A DNA stretch of 63,965 nt, filler included, from Babesia bigemina (taxonomy: Eukaryota), in assembly GCF_000981445.1 (NCBI RefSeq). It is 12 parts of 12 records of this genome, joined end to end, with 100 filler letters (N's around TTAATTAATTAA, not from the genome) between each part and the next. Parts side by side here need not be neighbours in the genome. Positions count along the whole stretch, not along the records: positions 42,374 to 46,073 come from NW_012236951.1; positions 46,174 to 50,078 come from NW_012236952.1; positions 50,179 to 54,214 come from NW_012236953.1; positions 54,315 to 60,252 come from NW_012236954.1; 8 more parts are not named here. One strand, written 5' to 3'. The notes under the pieces are model-generated. The model ran no database searches. It had not been told where the DNA came from and worked only from the letters and a program-made list of their open reading frames with translations. Each line of letters begins with the position of its first letter. The first letter of the stretch is position 1. Shown in pieces: positions 42,376 through 54,651 of this stretch. The translations under genes were made by a program, and so were the position numbers.

Positions 42376-44022
42376 TGGATGTCCGGGCTACCGTGCAATA
42401 ACGTGTTTGACGAAATGTTACATGAGACTGTCAGTGAACTGTTCGTCGATCCCACTAAACAGCCCGAAGACGCCGATGGCATCCCCGTCACATATATCAG
42501 CGACAAACCCCTGGCAGCGTATCCACAAAACATAGCGATGGATGATACTCAGCGAGCAGTGAAACGCCTATGTTCAAGATCTCATGATATTCTCACAACA
42601 ATAGCTGGAACCGGGGATGCGTACTCCATGTACGCCGTCGACTACTCCACCAATTCGCTGAACTTTCACTACCCATCCAAGGGCGAAGATTGCCTCCAGA
42701 TGCTATTGGAGATTCTTCGCAGACTGCTACCCTCACTTAAATTTTTGCATACTCAATGCGGCCTAAGCTCTGCATACCACGGCTGGTCCGGCTGTCAGTA
42801 CGGCAGAGGAGTCAAACACTCCAATTGGCAATGCGGTGAACATCCCGCCGACGAGTCAACCGATTGCCTACCCAGATCACCGCTGATGTCGTATCTTCGC
42901 GACTGCCTACCCGGGTGCCTGCCTCACCAGTTGGTCTCAGTGGGATGCAAGTCCGAGTGTAAAACGTGTCCCAAAAGCCTACCCGGTGCGCCATGTATAA
43001 CACCACTTGGGTTCAGAGGTTTCTCCGGAAGCACGAAGACAGGGAAGGACATATGTAACGTGCTGACCAAATTCTTCGACAATTCTAATATTAACACGCT
43101 GTTCGGTCTGCTGCCCAAGCCGCCATCTACATTGCCCGAACACTTCCAATTTGCGTTGACGTTAAGTAATATGTTAGATCATGGCAAGTCCGCCAGTGAT
43201 GATGTCAGCTTAGCTTTTGAAATGAAAACGAAAGCGCTGTCCATCGAGCTATACAAGGAGACCAGCAAACTCACAGGTGCGCTGCAGAATGCATATCGCA
43301 ACCAAACGGGTCACAACACCCCGGCCCATTCCAAATCTACGGAGGCTGATTTGTGGAGCTTGTCGAAGGAAGCTTCGTGCGATTTACCTCATGAGAGGGA
43401 TATTCACTGCGCTCCCTACCTCTGCTCCACATCCTCCGATGCGTACACGTACCTCGCCAAAAAGCACGCCGATCTCTACCTGTCATGGGCTGTATATCTG
43501 CCGTGGACATTCTACAGTTACCTGAAATCGTTGCTCGATGCGTTCCAGCAGATTGATTGTGGAGGCTCCGGTTGTACGAAATGTTCGTGCAAGCCGGGAA
43601 AGCATGGTGTCGAATACAACTGCAAGTGCAAGGCATTGATAAGCTGTCGTGGAGTGATGACTACGTTCTACCAATACGGGTTCACTTTTGGCGACGCAAA
43701 AACGCTGTATGGAACTAACAGAAAATTCTGCCTTAGTTTCCATACACAACTGAGTAATCTGCTGAAATCGCAACCCTTCGCCACATTATTTGAAGAATGT
43801 GACAACTTCATTTGGACCATCAGAGAACCGTTCACCTATCTAGTGCTCGCACTTTGGTCGCTGTCCCTCTTCTACCTCATCTGCGTGATGGTTGGCAGGC
43901 TGGATGTGCTCCACATACGCTCGCACCTGAGGATACCGTCGTCGCACAAGATAACGGCGCAATCGCTGTTGGCTGCAGCGCAAGTCGGAAGGCTTGCCAA
44001 GATATCGTACCTGCAACCGTAA
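42376..44022 (+). CDS. ves-like gene, 5'-partial, class I
   Basis: SPLMSYLRDCLPG, YLSWAVYLPW, TM, LAKISYLQP. Confidence 0.82.
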   Translation, partial: WMSGLPCNNVFDEMLHETVSELFVDPTKQPEDADGIPVTYISDKPLAAYPQNIAMDDTQRAVKRLCSRSHDILTTIAGTGDAYSMYAVDYSTNSLNFHYPSKGEDCLQMLLEILRRLLPSLKFLHTQCGLSSAYHGWSGCQYGRGVKHSNWQCGEHPADESTDCLPRSPLMSYLRDCLPGCLPHQLVSVGCKSECKTCPKSLPGAPCITPLGFRGFSGSTKTGKDICNVLTKFFDNSNINTLFGLLPKPPSTLPEHFQFALTLSNMLDHGKSASDDVSLAFEMKTKALSIELYKETSKLTGALQNAYRNQTGHNTPAHSKSTEADLWSLSKEASCDLPHERDIHCAPYLCSTSSDAYTYLAKKHADLYLSWAVYLPWTFYSYLKSLLDAFQQIDCGGSGCTKCSCKPGKHGVEYNCKCKALISCRGVMTTFYQYGFTFGDAKTLYGTNRKFCLSFHTQLSNLLKSQPFATLFEECDNFIWTIREPFTYLVLALWSLSLFYLICVMVGRLDVLHIRSHLRIPSSHKITAQSLLAAAQVGRLAKISYLQP

Positions 44023-44159
44023 TTGTATTCACACTTCTAATTCACACCACTCACCTAACAATTCACCTACTCACCTAACCGACAAACGTAGTCTAATGTC
44101 TCGAATTACTCTAGCGGCAACGTGTGAACTAGGTAGCACCTCAAGTAGGTGATGAGTAA

Positions 44160-45265
44160 ACGACCGAGCAAAGTGTTAACCTAGCACCCAGGCAAAGTGC
44201 TAAGCTAGCACCCAGGCTAAGTGCTAAGCTAGCACCCAGGCAAAGTGCTAATCTAGCACCCAGGCTAAGTGCTAAGCTGGCACGCAGGCAACGTGCTAAC
44301 CTAGCAGACAAGCAAAGTGCTGAGCTAGCAAGCAGGCAAAGTGCTAAGCTAGCAACCAGGCAACGTGTTAAGCTGGCACACAAGCAACGTGTTAACCTAG
44401 CACACAGGCAAAGTGCTAACCTAGCATCCAGGCAACGTGCTATGCTAGCAACGAGGCTAAGTGCTAAGCTGGCGCCCAGGCAAAGTGGTAAGCTAGCACC
44501 CAGGCAACGTGCTAAGCTAGCAACCAGGCAAAGTGCTGAGCTAGCATCCAGGCAACGTGCTAAGCTAGCACCCAGGCGAAGTGCTAAGCTAGCAACCAGG
44601 CAAAGTGGTAACCTAGCAACCAGGCAACGTGCTAAGCTAGCACACAGGCAATGTGCTGATCTAGCACCCAGGCAAAGTGGTAAGCTAGTACCCAGGCTAA
44701 GTGCTAACGTAGCACGCTAGCTAAGTGCTAAGCTAGCACCCAGGCAACGTGGTAAGCTAGCACTCAGGCTAAGTGGTAACCTAGCACACAGGCTAAGTGG
44801 TAACCTAGCACCCAGGCAAAGTGCTAACCTAGCACACAGGCAAGGTGTTGACCTAGCAAGCAGGCAAAGTGCTAACCTAGCACTCAGGCAACGTGGTAAC
44901 CTAGCACCCAGGCAACGTGCTAAGCAAGCAACCAGGCAAAGTGCTAAGCTAGCAACCAGGCAAAGTGCTAAGCTGGCAACCAGGCTAAGTGCTAAGCTAG
45001 CATCCAGGCAAAGTGGTAAGCTGGCAACCAGGCTAAGTGGTAAGCTGGCAACCAGGCAAAGTGGTAAGCTTGCACTCAGGCAAAGTGCTAAGCTAGCACA
45101 CAAGCTAAGTGTTAACCTAGCACCCAGGCAACGTGGTAAGCTAGCAGCCAAGTAACGTGGTAAGCTAGCATCGAAGTTAAGTGCTACGCTAGCACACAAG
45201 CAACGTGCTAAGCTGGCACCCAGGCAAAGTGGTAACCTAGCAACCAGGCAAAGTGCTAAGCTAGC
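44160..45265. repeat. 1.1-kb repeat C array
   Basis: 24-bp units. Confidence 0.96.
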
Positions 45266-45770
45266 GGATGAACCGTAATTTGGTGGGTGTTGTAGCACGT
45301 TGATTAGTTGTTGCGTTGAGTTACGCGTTGACTGTGAGAGGTGTCCGCGTTGGCCATTGAGTCAGTGTCACGTGAGGCTGGGTGATTGGTCGCTAACGTA
45401 GGCGGTCGTGAGGGCCGCGGCGGGTGACCTAAGCCGTGTGTTGCGAGTCACTGGCAGGGTGGCGTAATCGGCGTTGGCCCGGTTAAGTAGCGTTTATGGG
45501 CAGCGATTTAGCGATCGTTAATATCACATTTAGGCACGTAGCGGACACGCTCCCCCAGCATGGCGCCGATACCGCGGCTCGTAGCACGGTGCTGCTGCAC
45601 TGTGGGAGTTGAGCGCACGTGGCTCGCTGCAATTTTTATGGCGTTGCGAATAGTGAATAATTTAAAGTGACAGTTGGTGCTGATGACATGCGTCGCGTCA
45701 GGGCAGCTGTGGTATCCCGGGCAGTGCGGGTGTCGGTGGCCCGGGCTGGGGGGATACAGCGGTGAGTGCG
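45265..45770 (+). promoter_or_regulatory. Copy of the conserved ~500-bp element
   Basis: Matches 41550-42045 and 63353-63865. Confidence 0.5.
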
Positions 45771-46073
45771 TTGGTGAGGGGACTGGGAGCGGCAGTGGTA
45801 CGTGTTGCAGTTGGTGAGTGCTGCTTGAGTGACTGATATGTCTGCAGGTTGAGGGGACTGGGAGCGGCAGTGGTACGTGTTGCAGTTGGTGAGTGCTGCT
45901 TGAGTGACTGATATGTCTGCAGGTTGAGGGGACTGGGAGCGGCAGTGGAACGTGTTAGTTGGTGAGTGCGTTGCTTGAGTGATTGATATATTCGCCGGTT
46001 GAGGGGACTGGGAGCGGCAGTGGTAGTGTTGCAGTTGGTGAGTGCTTGCTAGGTGATTGATATGCTTGCAGGT
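45770..46073. repeat. Repeat D array
   Basis: About four ~75-bp units; cut by linker. Confidence 0.92.
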
Positions 46074-46173
46074 NNNNNNNNNNNNNNNNNNNNNNNNNNN
46101 NNNNNNNNNNNNNNNNNTTAATTAATTAANNNNNNNNNNNNNNNNNNNNNNNNNNNNNNNNNNNNNNNNNNNN

Positions 46174-46716
46174 CCACTCTACATCGCCCCTTTATCCACT
46201 CTACATCGCTCCTTAACCCACTCCACATCGCTCCTTTATCCACTCTACATCGCCCCTTTATCCACTCTACATCGCTCCCTTACCCACTCTACATCGCTCC
46301 CTAATCCACCCTACATCGCTCCTTAACCCACTCCACATCGCTCCTTAACCCACTCTACATCGCTCCTTAACCCACTCCACATCGCTCCTTTATCCACTCT
46401 ACATCGCTCCTTATCCACTCTACATCGCCCCTTTGTCCACTCTACATCGCTCCCTAACCCACTCCACATCGCCCCTTTACCCACTCTACATCGCCCCTTT
46501 ATCCACACTACATCGCTCCTTTACCCACTCTACATCGCTCCTTTATCCACTCTACATCGCTCCCTAACCCACTCTACATCGCCCCTTTATCCACTCTACA
46601 TCGCTCCTTTACCCACTCTACATCGCTCCTTTACCGACTCTGCATCGCTCCCTAACCCACTCTACATCGCCCCTTAACCCACTCTACATCGCTCCGTAAC
46701 CCACTCTACATCGCTC
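46174..46716. repeat. Repeat A array
   Basis: 22-bp units. Confidence 0.96.
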
Positions 46717-46902
46717 TAATTACCTCGCCATATTACCTTTATGACCTCCTTAAACCATCCTAATAACTTGTGCCTTGTCACCCTTCCCTTCCCTTCTTCC
46801 ACCTCTTGCCACTGCCAAGTCCCATCATGTTCACCCTAAGTCCAAATCTCTCGAATTACTTCGTCTTATTAACGCTATGACCTCCGTAAACCATTATAAT
46901 AA

Positions 46903-49900
46903 CTTGCTGATACTGACCATTCTCTTGCTGATGATGCTACTAAAAAAGCCTTGAAGGACATTGACTCCAAGCTCATTAGCCTTGGTCACCTTGCTGGTCA
47001 ACTTGGAGGATTTGTTGGTGAAAGTGAGAGTGTTAAGAAAGCCGTTCAAAAAGCTATTATCGCTGTAATTAACAGTAATGAAGAGCTTAAAAATGATTAC
47101 TCTTCTCATGTTACTACCCTTTCTGTGTCTGTCAACTCTGCTGACCAGGCTGTTGGCACCGGTGAAATTAGTGAGCTTAAGCAGAAAGTTGCTGATCAAA
47201 TTAAGCTTCTTAAAGAACGTGAATTGCAACTTCAAAATCAATTAAAAGATCCTTCTTCTTCCCCCTCTCCCTCTGCTGACTCAGCCGAATTGCACTCCAA
47301 GTTGGAGGCTTTGAGGAAAGTGGAGAAGCTTTGTGAATTTTATGAGAAACTTAAAACTATGCCAAATGAGCCAAAAAAGCTCTTAGAGAATCTTTGTGAC
47401 GGCCTTCAGACTTTCCTCGGCTTCGACTCTGCTTCCAAAGGCTACGATGGCAGTGGTATTGTGTACTCTGACCTAGATAGGCTGTGTGACGGGGTGATGG
47501 GATTTTTGAGTGGTGTGCTTGGTGCGGTGAAAGATGATGATGCGGTTAAAACGTATGATAAAGATACCACAAAAAACATTAATACAGTTATTAAGACTTT
47601 GAATGATAATATTGGCTCCGGGCGTGCTGGGCTTGTGGAGTCTGTCGCGGAGGTGAAGGGGTGGTTGGAGGGGTATGAATTAGAATACAGCAAAAAAGCA
47701 AGCAACGTCACAGAGTTTTTAGGTGAGTTGAAAAGCAACATAGCAGGTAAATATACATCTCAAATTCGTGCAGGTGAGAAATTGACTAGACAGCTGGAGG
47801 AGTGGAGGCGCATCGTGGAGAACATCCAGAGTGACATAAAAACTATTGAAACTAATTATGTAATTTATTTAGACGATGAATTGAGATGTAAAATACGTAG
47901 TGAAATAATATTAGTTAAAAAATCCGTAGAGGTTTTACGTGATTCAGCTTGCAACATTAGTGTCAACGAACAGGCCAAGCACGTAGATACGCATTTAGAT
48001 GAGCAAAAACGAAATCTGGAAAAAGCAGTCACAGATGGGAGTGAAAACGTTAAACGCACTTTACAAATAAATTTTACAAAAATACTCGACGCAATGTATG
48101 ACTTACGTGAACAAAGAAAACACCACTTTGAAAAGTGCTATGAGAGGTTAAGGGAGGCGAATAAACACTTGAAAAGTCGTTTAGACAAATATAGCGGCAC
48201 TACTCGAGATGAGATATTTAGGTTATTTGATGAGATAATAAAAGAAGTAAAGAAGATTTACGGTGATATGAACTACAAAAAAGGGGAACTGGAAATGTTA
48301 GTCGAGGGGGCTGAGAAGACGCTGTCTGAATTATCTAAGAATTTTGAGAAAGATGTGAAAGCGGGTGTGAAGCAGGATTTGACGGCATTGAATGGTAACG
48401 TAAATGCACTAAAAAATGGTATGAGATCAATTTCCAACGGTCATGAGATTGTAGGAAAGGCGTTGACTCAGCTTAGTGCGTCTAAGCAACAGCTGCTGAG
48501 AACGACAGATCCAATTACGCAGAATTCAGAAGCACTGGTAGGTAAGTATAATGAAGACTTGAAGAAAAAATTCTACACCTTTGCGGAGGCACTAAAGGCG
48601 GCGAAATTGGATACTTTTCAAACAGAATTGCAGGCTGAATCCCGAAAACTTCGTAATTATTTTGAAAATCTGATGAAGATAAGTACTATACAAAAAGTGT
48701 CAACATCGGGCAGAAGTGAGGTCAAGGATCTTGTAGAGGAACTAAATGGTGCCATCGGTACCATTAATCAGAGGTATGACTCTCTTTCGACAGCATCATT
48801 AGTAGTTACTACAAATGCATTCGCCTCTGCTGTTAACACTGCAGCAGGGGCCATCAATAGACTCGGCACAATAATAAAACAGGAGTTCACTCAGGCGAAG
48901 CAAACGATCGATGACACCAAAGACAACAAAGAGTTGTTAACAGCTGTCGACGAACTCAAAAATCTTCAGTTGCTGCAAAACTCTATATACGGCGAGAGAG
49001 GAACAGCCGATGCACCTAAAACAGGATCGCTCGCCAAACTGATCGAGGAGTTGAGTACTGCAATCGGCACTACTTCAGGTGACGATGGCGGCAAACTTAA
49101 CAAAGCGATTGGCGCATTTGAGACGTCTGCTAAACAACAAATCATTGATGCTGCGACCAGCGCAATAGAAAAGGCTGCAGCTCAAGTGACTGCAGAAATG
49201 CAGAAATTTAGGGAAGAAGACGGTGGCGTATTTAGTAAGACTGAGTTGGGCAAAAAAGTTGCAGTTTTAAAAACACATATCAAAACACTCGAGGGATTCA
49301 TAAAGGAGAAAACACAAGGTACGCTTCACTTAAAGCTGAATGAAATTCAAAAAGATCTTGATATGCTCGATAAGCTAAAAATAGAAGACACAAACGAAGA
49401 ACATGATGGTGGAATTAACAAAATGAAAAAAGCAGCAGATAAGAAAATGCAAGAGTTGTATAATGAGATATTTGATAAAGTAAATGCTGTTTTTAACACG
49501 CTAAATGACGCCGATAGAAATCTAACACATACCATCGATATTGTCAGTGAAGGAGTTCACAGTGCGTATGCGGCGTCAACTAAATCTGTAGAAAATATAA
49601 AGGAATACTTGCTTAGTGTCACAAGTCAAGCTTTCGACACCGTAACGTCTGCCGTCCGAATATTGTTCTCCGAACAACACGTCGCCGACCTTGGAGGTCT
49701 TAAGACGTTGGTGGATGGTCAATTAAGAAAAATGGAACAAATAATTCAGAAAGATAGAAGAACAGCAATTAAAGGCCTGTTGCAAAATCTAAATGGCCGC
49801 ACGTATATTGTTAAAGCAGGTAAATATCCGAGGTTTGAGATGCCTTCCGGTACGTCTATGCTGGATGCAATCATACAGGTCGCGCAGTCCTCGACGTCGA

Positions 49901-50078
49901 CGCTAAATGGCGAAGCATATCTTCAGCAATTCCGACAATTATCGGAGAAATTCCACGCCTACTATAATAACGTTGACATTTATGTCGACAACCAAGTTAA
50001 AGATCCAACCTCCCCCCCGCCCACCGACCAAACCACCGACCCAGCCACCCAGCTAACCAAAATCAAAACTGACTTCGA
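46903..50078 (+). CDS. ves-like gene, 3'-partial; leader ATG not in frame
   Basis: Frame opens after TAA at 46900; DIDSKLISLGHLAGQLGGFVG; GYDGSGIVYSDLDRLCD; coiled-coil middle. Confidence 0.78.
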
Positions 50079-50178
50079 NNNNNNNNNNNNNNNNNNNNNN
50101 NNNNNNNNNNNNNNNNNNNNNNTTAATTAATTAANNNNNNNNNNNNNNNNNNNNNNNNNNNNNNNNNNNNNNNNNNNN

Positions 50179-51576
50179 CTTCAACTCCGCGACTAGCGAA
50201 CTCACATCATTCTTAACTTTTTGGTTTACCACTTTTTTCAAGTTTTCTGCGGAATCTTCGAGCAGCTTTATAACCGCGTCGTAGTTCTCGCGTTCCTTTT
50301 TGGACATCGCCTCAACACGTGCAGTCTCAAGCTGAATACGCTCACGCGTAGTTTTTACACTGTCACGCAATTTATAATTAAGATCATTAATATGCTTAGT
50401 TAACTTAGTAAGTTTGGTGTCAAATGACTTTGCGCTGCTTATGCACGCATCTCTCAACTTATCAACGGGCGAGACAATCTTGCCGATTTCTTCTGGAGTC
50501 ATGATTTTCAAGTCCGTTTTATCTGGAATGCTAGTAATTGACTTGGTATACTCGTCTCTCACCTTACCTAATAGTTCATTAATCGGTTCACTTACCTTGT
50601 CATTTGAGTCTACAACTTTCTCATTGTACTGCTTCACCCTGCTGATGACACGGTCTACGACGCTCTTGAAGCCTTCAACACCTGAACATAATTTGGCATA
50701 TATTTCACGAATTAAACGGTCTAAAAACATTCGCTTACCTGATTCATAAGGCTGTTTCTCGCTGACATCCTTAAGCACCTGATACAAAAATCCCATCACC
50801 CCGTCACACAGCCTATCTAGGTCAGAGTACACAATACCACTGCCATCGTAGCCTTTGGAAGCAGAGTCGAAGCCGAGGAAAGTCTGAAGGCCGTCACAAA
50901 GATTCTCTAAGAGCTTTTTTGGCTCATTTGGCATAGTTTTAAGTTTCTCATAAAATTCACAAAGCTTCTCCACTTTCCTCAAAGCCTCCAACTTGGAGTG
51001 CAATTCGGCTGAGTCAGCAGAGGGAGAGGGGGAAGAAGAAGGATCTTTTAATTGATTTTGAAGTTGCAATTCACGTTCTTTAAGAAGCTTAATTTGATCA
51101 GCAACTTTCTGCTTAAGCTCACTAATTTCATCGGTGCCAACAGCCTGGCCAGCAGACTTGACAGACTCAGAAAGGGTAGTAACATGAGAAGAGTAATCAT
51201 TTTTAAGCTCTTCATTACTCTCAATTTCAGCGATAATAGCATTCTTAACGGCTTTCTTAACACTCTCACTTTCACCAACAAATCCTCCAAGCTTAACAAC
51301 AAGATCACCAAGCTGGACAATCTTCTCTTCAACAGACTTCAAGGCAGGAGATGGAGGATGTTTTTGGTGAGCCTTTATACAATCTTCTAGACATTTTTTA
51401 TTAAACTTTATATTGTGATTTTCAGCGATTTTTTCATCAGTGATTTCTGAGTTAGATTCTTTAAGCTTCTTAGTAGCATCACTAATCTGCTTCTCGTAGT
51501 ACTGACAGTAAGTCTCCTTATCAGAGTATTTGAAGGGGCAAGAAAGTTTCTTTTTTTCGGCTTCGAGGGACTTAAT
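50179..51576 (-). pseudogene. ves-like mosaic gene fused directly to repeat A (no leader, no start), 3'-partial
   Basis: Frame extends upstream of listed ORF as IKSLEAEKKKLSCPFKYSDKETYCQYYEKQI...HPPSPAL up to the first repeat unit. Confidence 0.78.
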
Positions 51577-51577
51577 T

Positions 51578-54500
51578 AGCGATGTAGAGTGGGATAAGGG
51601 GCGATGTGGAGTGGGTTAAGGGGCGATGTAGAGTGGATAAGGGGCGATGAGGAGTGGATAAAGGGGCGATGTATAGTGGGTTAAGGGGCGATGTAGAGTG
51701 GACAAAGGAGCGATGTAGAGTGGATAAAGGAGCGATGTAGAGTGGGTTAAGGGGCGATGTAGAGTGGGTTAGGGAGCGATGTAAGGTGGATAAGGGGCGA
51801 TGTAGAGTGGGTAAAGCGGCGATGTAGAGTGGGTTAGGGAGCGATGTAGAGTGGATAAAGGGGCGATGTAGAGTGGATAAAGGAGCGATGTAGAGTGGAT
51901 AAAGGGGCGATGTAGAGTGGGTTAAGGGGCGATGTGGAGTGGATAAAGGGGCGATGTAGAGTGGGTTAGGGAGCGATGTAGAGTGGGTTAGGGAGCGATG
52001 TAGAGTGGGTTAAGGGGCGATGTGGAGTGGAGTAAGGGGCGATGTAGAGTGGATAAAGGAGCGATGTAGGGTGGATTAAGGGGCGATGTAAGGTGAGTTA
52101 GGGAGCGATGGAGAGTGGATAAGGGAGCGATGTGGAGTGGGTTAAGGAGCGATGTAGAGTGGGTAAAGGAGCGATGTAGAGTGGATAGAGGAGCGATGTA
52201 GAGTGGGTTAGGGAGCGATGTGGAGTGGGTTAGGGAGCGATGTGGAGTGGGTAAAGGGGCGATGTAGAGTGGATAAAGGGGCGATGTAGAGTGGGTAAGG
52301 GGCGATGTAGAGTGGATAAAGGGGCGATGTAGGGTGGGTAAAGGGGTGATGAAGGGTGGTTAAAGGAGCGATGTAGAGTGGATTAAGGGGCGATGTAGAG
52401 TGGGTAAGGAGCGATGTAGAGTGGATTAAGGGGCGATGTAGAGTGGGTAAGGAGCGATGTAGAGTGGAAAAAGGGGCGATGTAGAGTGGGTTAGGGAGCG
52501 ATGTAGAGTGGATTAGGGAGCGATGTGGAGTGGGTAAAGGGGCGATGTAGAGTGGGTTAGGGAGCGATGTAGAGTGGATAAAGGGCGATGTAGAGTGGGT
52601 TAAGGGGCGATGTAGAGTGGATAAAGGGGTGATGAAGGGTGGTTAAAGGAGCGATGTAGAGTGGATTAAGGGGCGATGTAGAGTGGGTAAGGAGCGATGT
52701 AGAGTGGATTAAGGGGCGATGTAGAGTGGATAAAGGAGCGATGTAGAGTGGGTTAAGGGGCGATGTAGAGTGGATAAAGGAGCGATGTAGAGTGGATAAA
52801 GGGGCGATGTAAGGTGGGTTAGGGAGCGATGTAGAGTGGATTAGGGAGCGATGTAGAGTGGATTAGGGAGCGATGTAGAGTGGATAAAGGGGCGATGTAG
52901 AGTGGATAAGAAGCGATGTAGAGTGGGTTAAGGAGCGATGAAGAGTGGATAAGGGAGCGATGTAGGGTGGCTAAAGGAGCGATGTAGAGTGGATAAAGGG
53001 GCGATGTAGAGTGGGTTAGGGAGCGATGTAGAGTGGGTAAAGGGGCGATGTAGAGTGGATTAAGGGGCGATGTAGAGTGGATAAAGGGGCGATGTAGAGT
53101 GGGTAAAGGAGCGATGTGGAGTGGATAAGGGAGCGATGTAGAGTGGGTAAAGGGGCGATGTAGAGTGGATTAAGGGGCGATGTAGAGTGGATAAAGGGGC
53201 GATGTAGAGTGGGTAAAGGAGCGATGTGGAGTGGATAAGGGAGCGATGTGGAGTGGATAAAGGAGCGATGTAGAGTGGGTAAAGGGGCGATGTAGAGTGG
53301 ATTAGGGAGCGATGTAGAGTGGATTAGGGAGCGATGTATAGTGGATAGAGGAGCGATGTAAGGTGGGTAAAGGAGCGATGTGGAGTGGGTAAAGGAGCGA
53401 TGAAGAGTGGGTAAAGGGGCGATGTAGAGTGGATTAGGGAGCGATGAGGAGTGGGTAGAGGAGCGATGTAGAGTGGTTAAAGGGGCGATGTGGAGTGGGT
53501 AAAGGGGCGATGTAGAGTGGGTAAAGGGGCGATGTAGAGTGGATAGAGGAGCGATGTGGAGTGGGTAAGGGGCGATGTAGAGTGGGTTAGGTAGCGATGT
53601 AGAGTGGGTAAAGGGGCGATGTAGAGTGGTTAAAGGGGCGATGTAGAGTGGGTTAGGGGGCGATGTAGAGTGGGTTAAGGGGCGATGTGGAGTGGGTTAG
53701 GGGCGATGTAGAGTGGGTAAAGGGGCGATGTAGAGTGGATAAAGGAGCGATTAGAGGAGGTTAAGGGGCGATGTAGAGTGGATAAAGGGGCGATGTAGGG
53801 TGGGTAAAGGGGCGATGGGGAGTGGGTTAAGGAGCGATGTAGAGTGGGTTAGGGAGCGATGTAGAGTGGGTAAAGGAGCGATGTAAAGTGGGTAAAGGGG
53901 CGATGAAGGGTGGGTTAAGGGGCGATGTGGAGTGGATAAAGGGGCGATGTAGAGTGGATAAAGGGGCGATGTAGAGTGGATAAAGGGGCGATGTAGAGTG
54001 GGTAAAGGGGCGATGTAGAGTGGGTAAAGGGGCGATGTAGAGTGGGTAAAGGGGCGATGTAGAGTGGGTAAAGGGGCGATGTAGAGTGGGTAAAGGGGCG
54101 ATGTGGAGTGGGTTAGGGAGCGATGTGGAGTGGGTTAAGGAGCGATGTAGAGTGGGTTAAGGGGCGATGTAGAGTGGATTAGGGAGCGATGTAGAGTGGA
54201 TAAAGCGGCGATGTNNNNNNNNNNNNNNNNNNNNNNNNNNNNNNNNNNNNNNNNNNNNTTAATTAATTAANNNNNNNNNNNNNNNNNNNNNNNNNNNNNN
54301 NNNNNNNNNNNNNNCGCTCCTTAACCCACTCTGCATCGCCCCTTAATCCACTCTACATCGCTCCTTTATCCACTCCACATCGCTCCCTAACCCACTCCAC
54401 ACCGCCCCTTAACCCACTCTACATCGCCCCTTAACCCACTCTACATCGCCCCTTAACCCACTCTACATCGCCCCTTTATCCACTCTACATCGCCCCTTTA

Positions 54501-54623
54501 ACCACTCTACATCGCCCCTTAACCCACTCTACGTCGCCCCTTAATCCACTCTACATCGCCCCTTTGTCCACTCTACATCGCCCCTTTGTCCACTCTACAT
54601 CGCCCCTTTATCCACTCTACATC
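51578..54623. repeat. Repeat A arrays (two contigs, opposite orientation across linker 54215-54314)
   Basis: 22-bp units. Confidence 0.97.
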
Positions 54624-54651
54624 CCTTCAATTACCTCGCCATAATACCTCT

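Noticed and set aside
44141..45298. LARCLGAS, VLTK, STLHRP and CHRCRD periodic ORFs here and in other arrays
   Set aside because: Translations of tandem repeats with no independent coding evidence.
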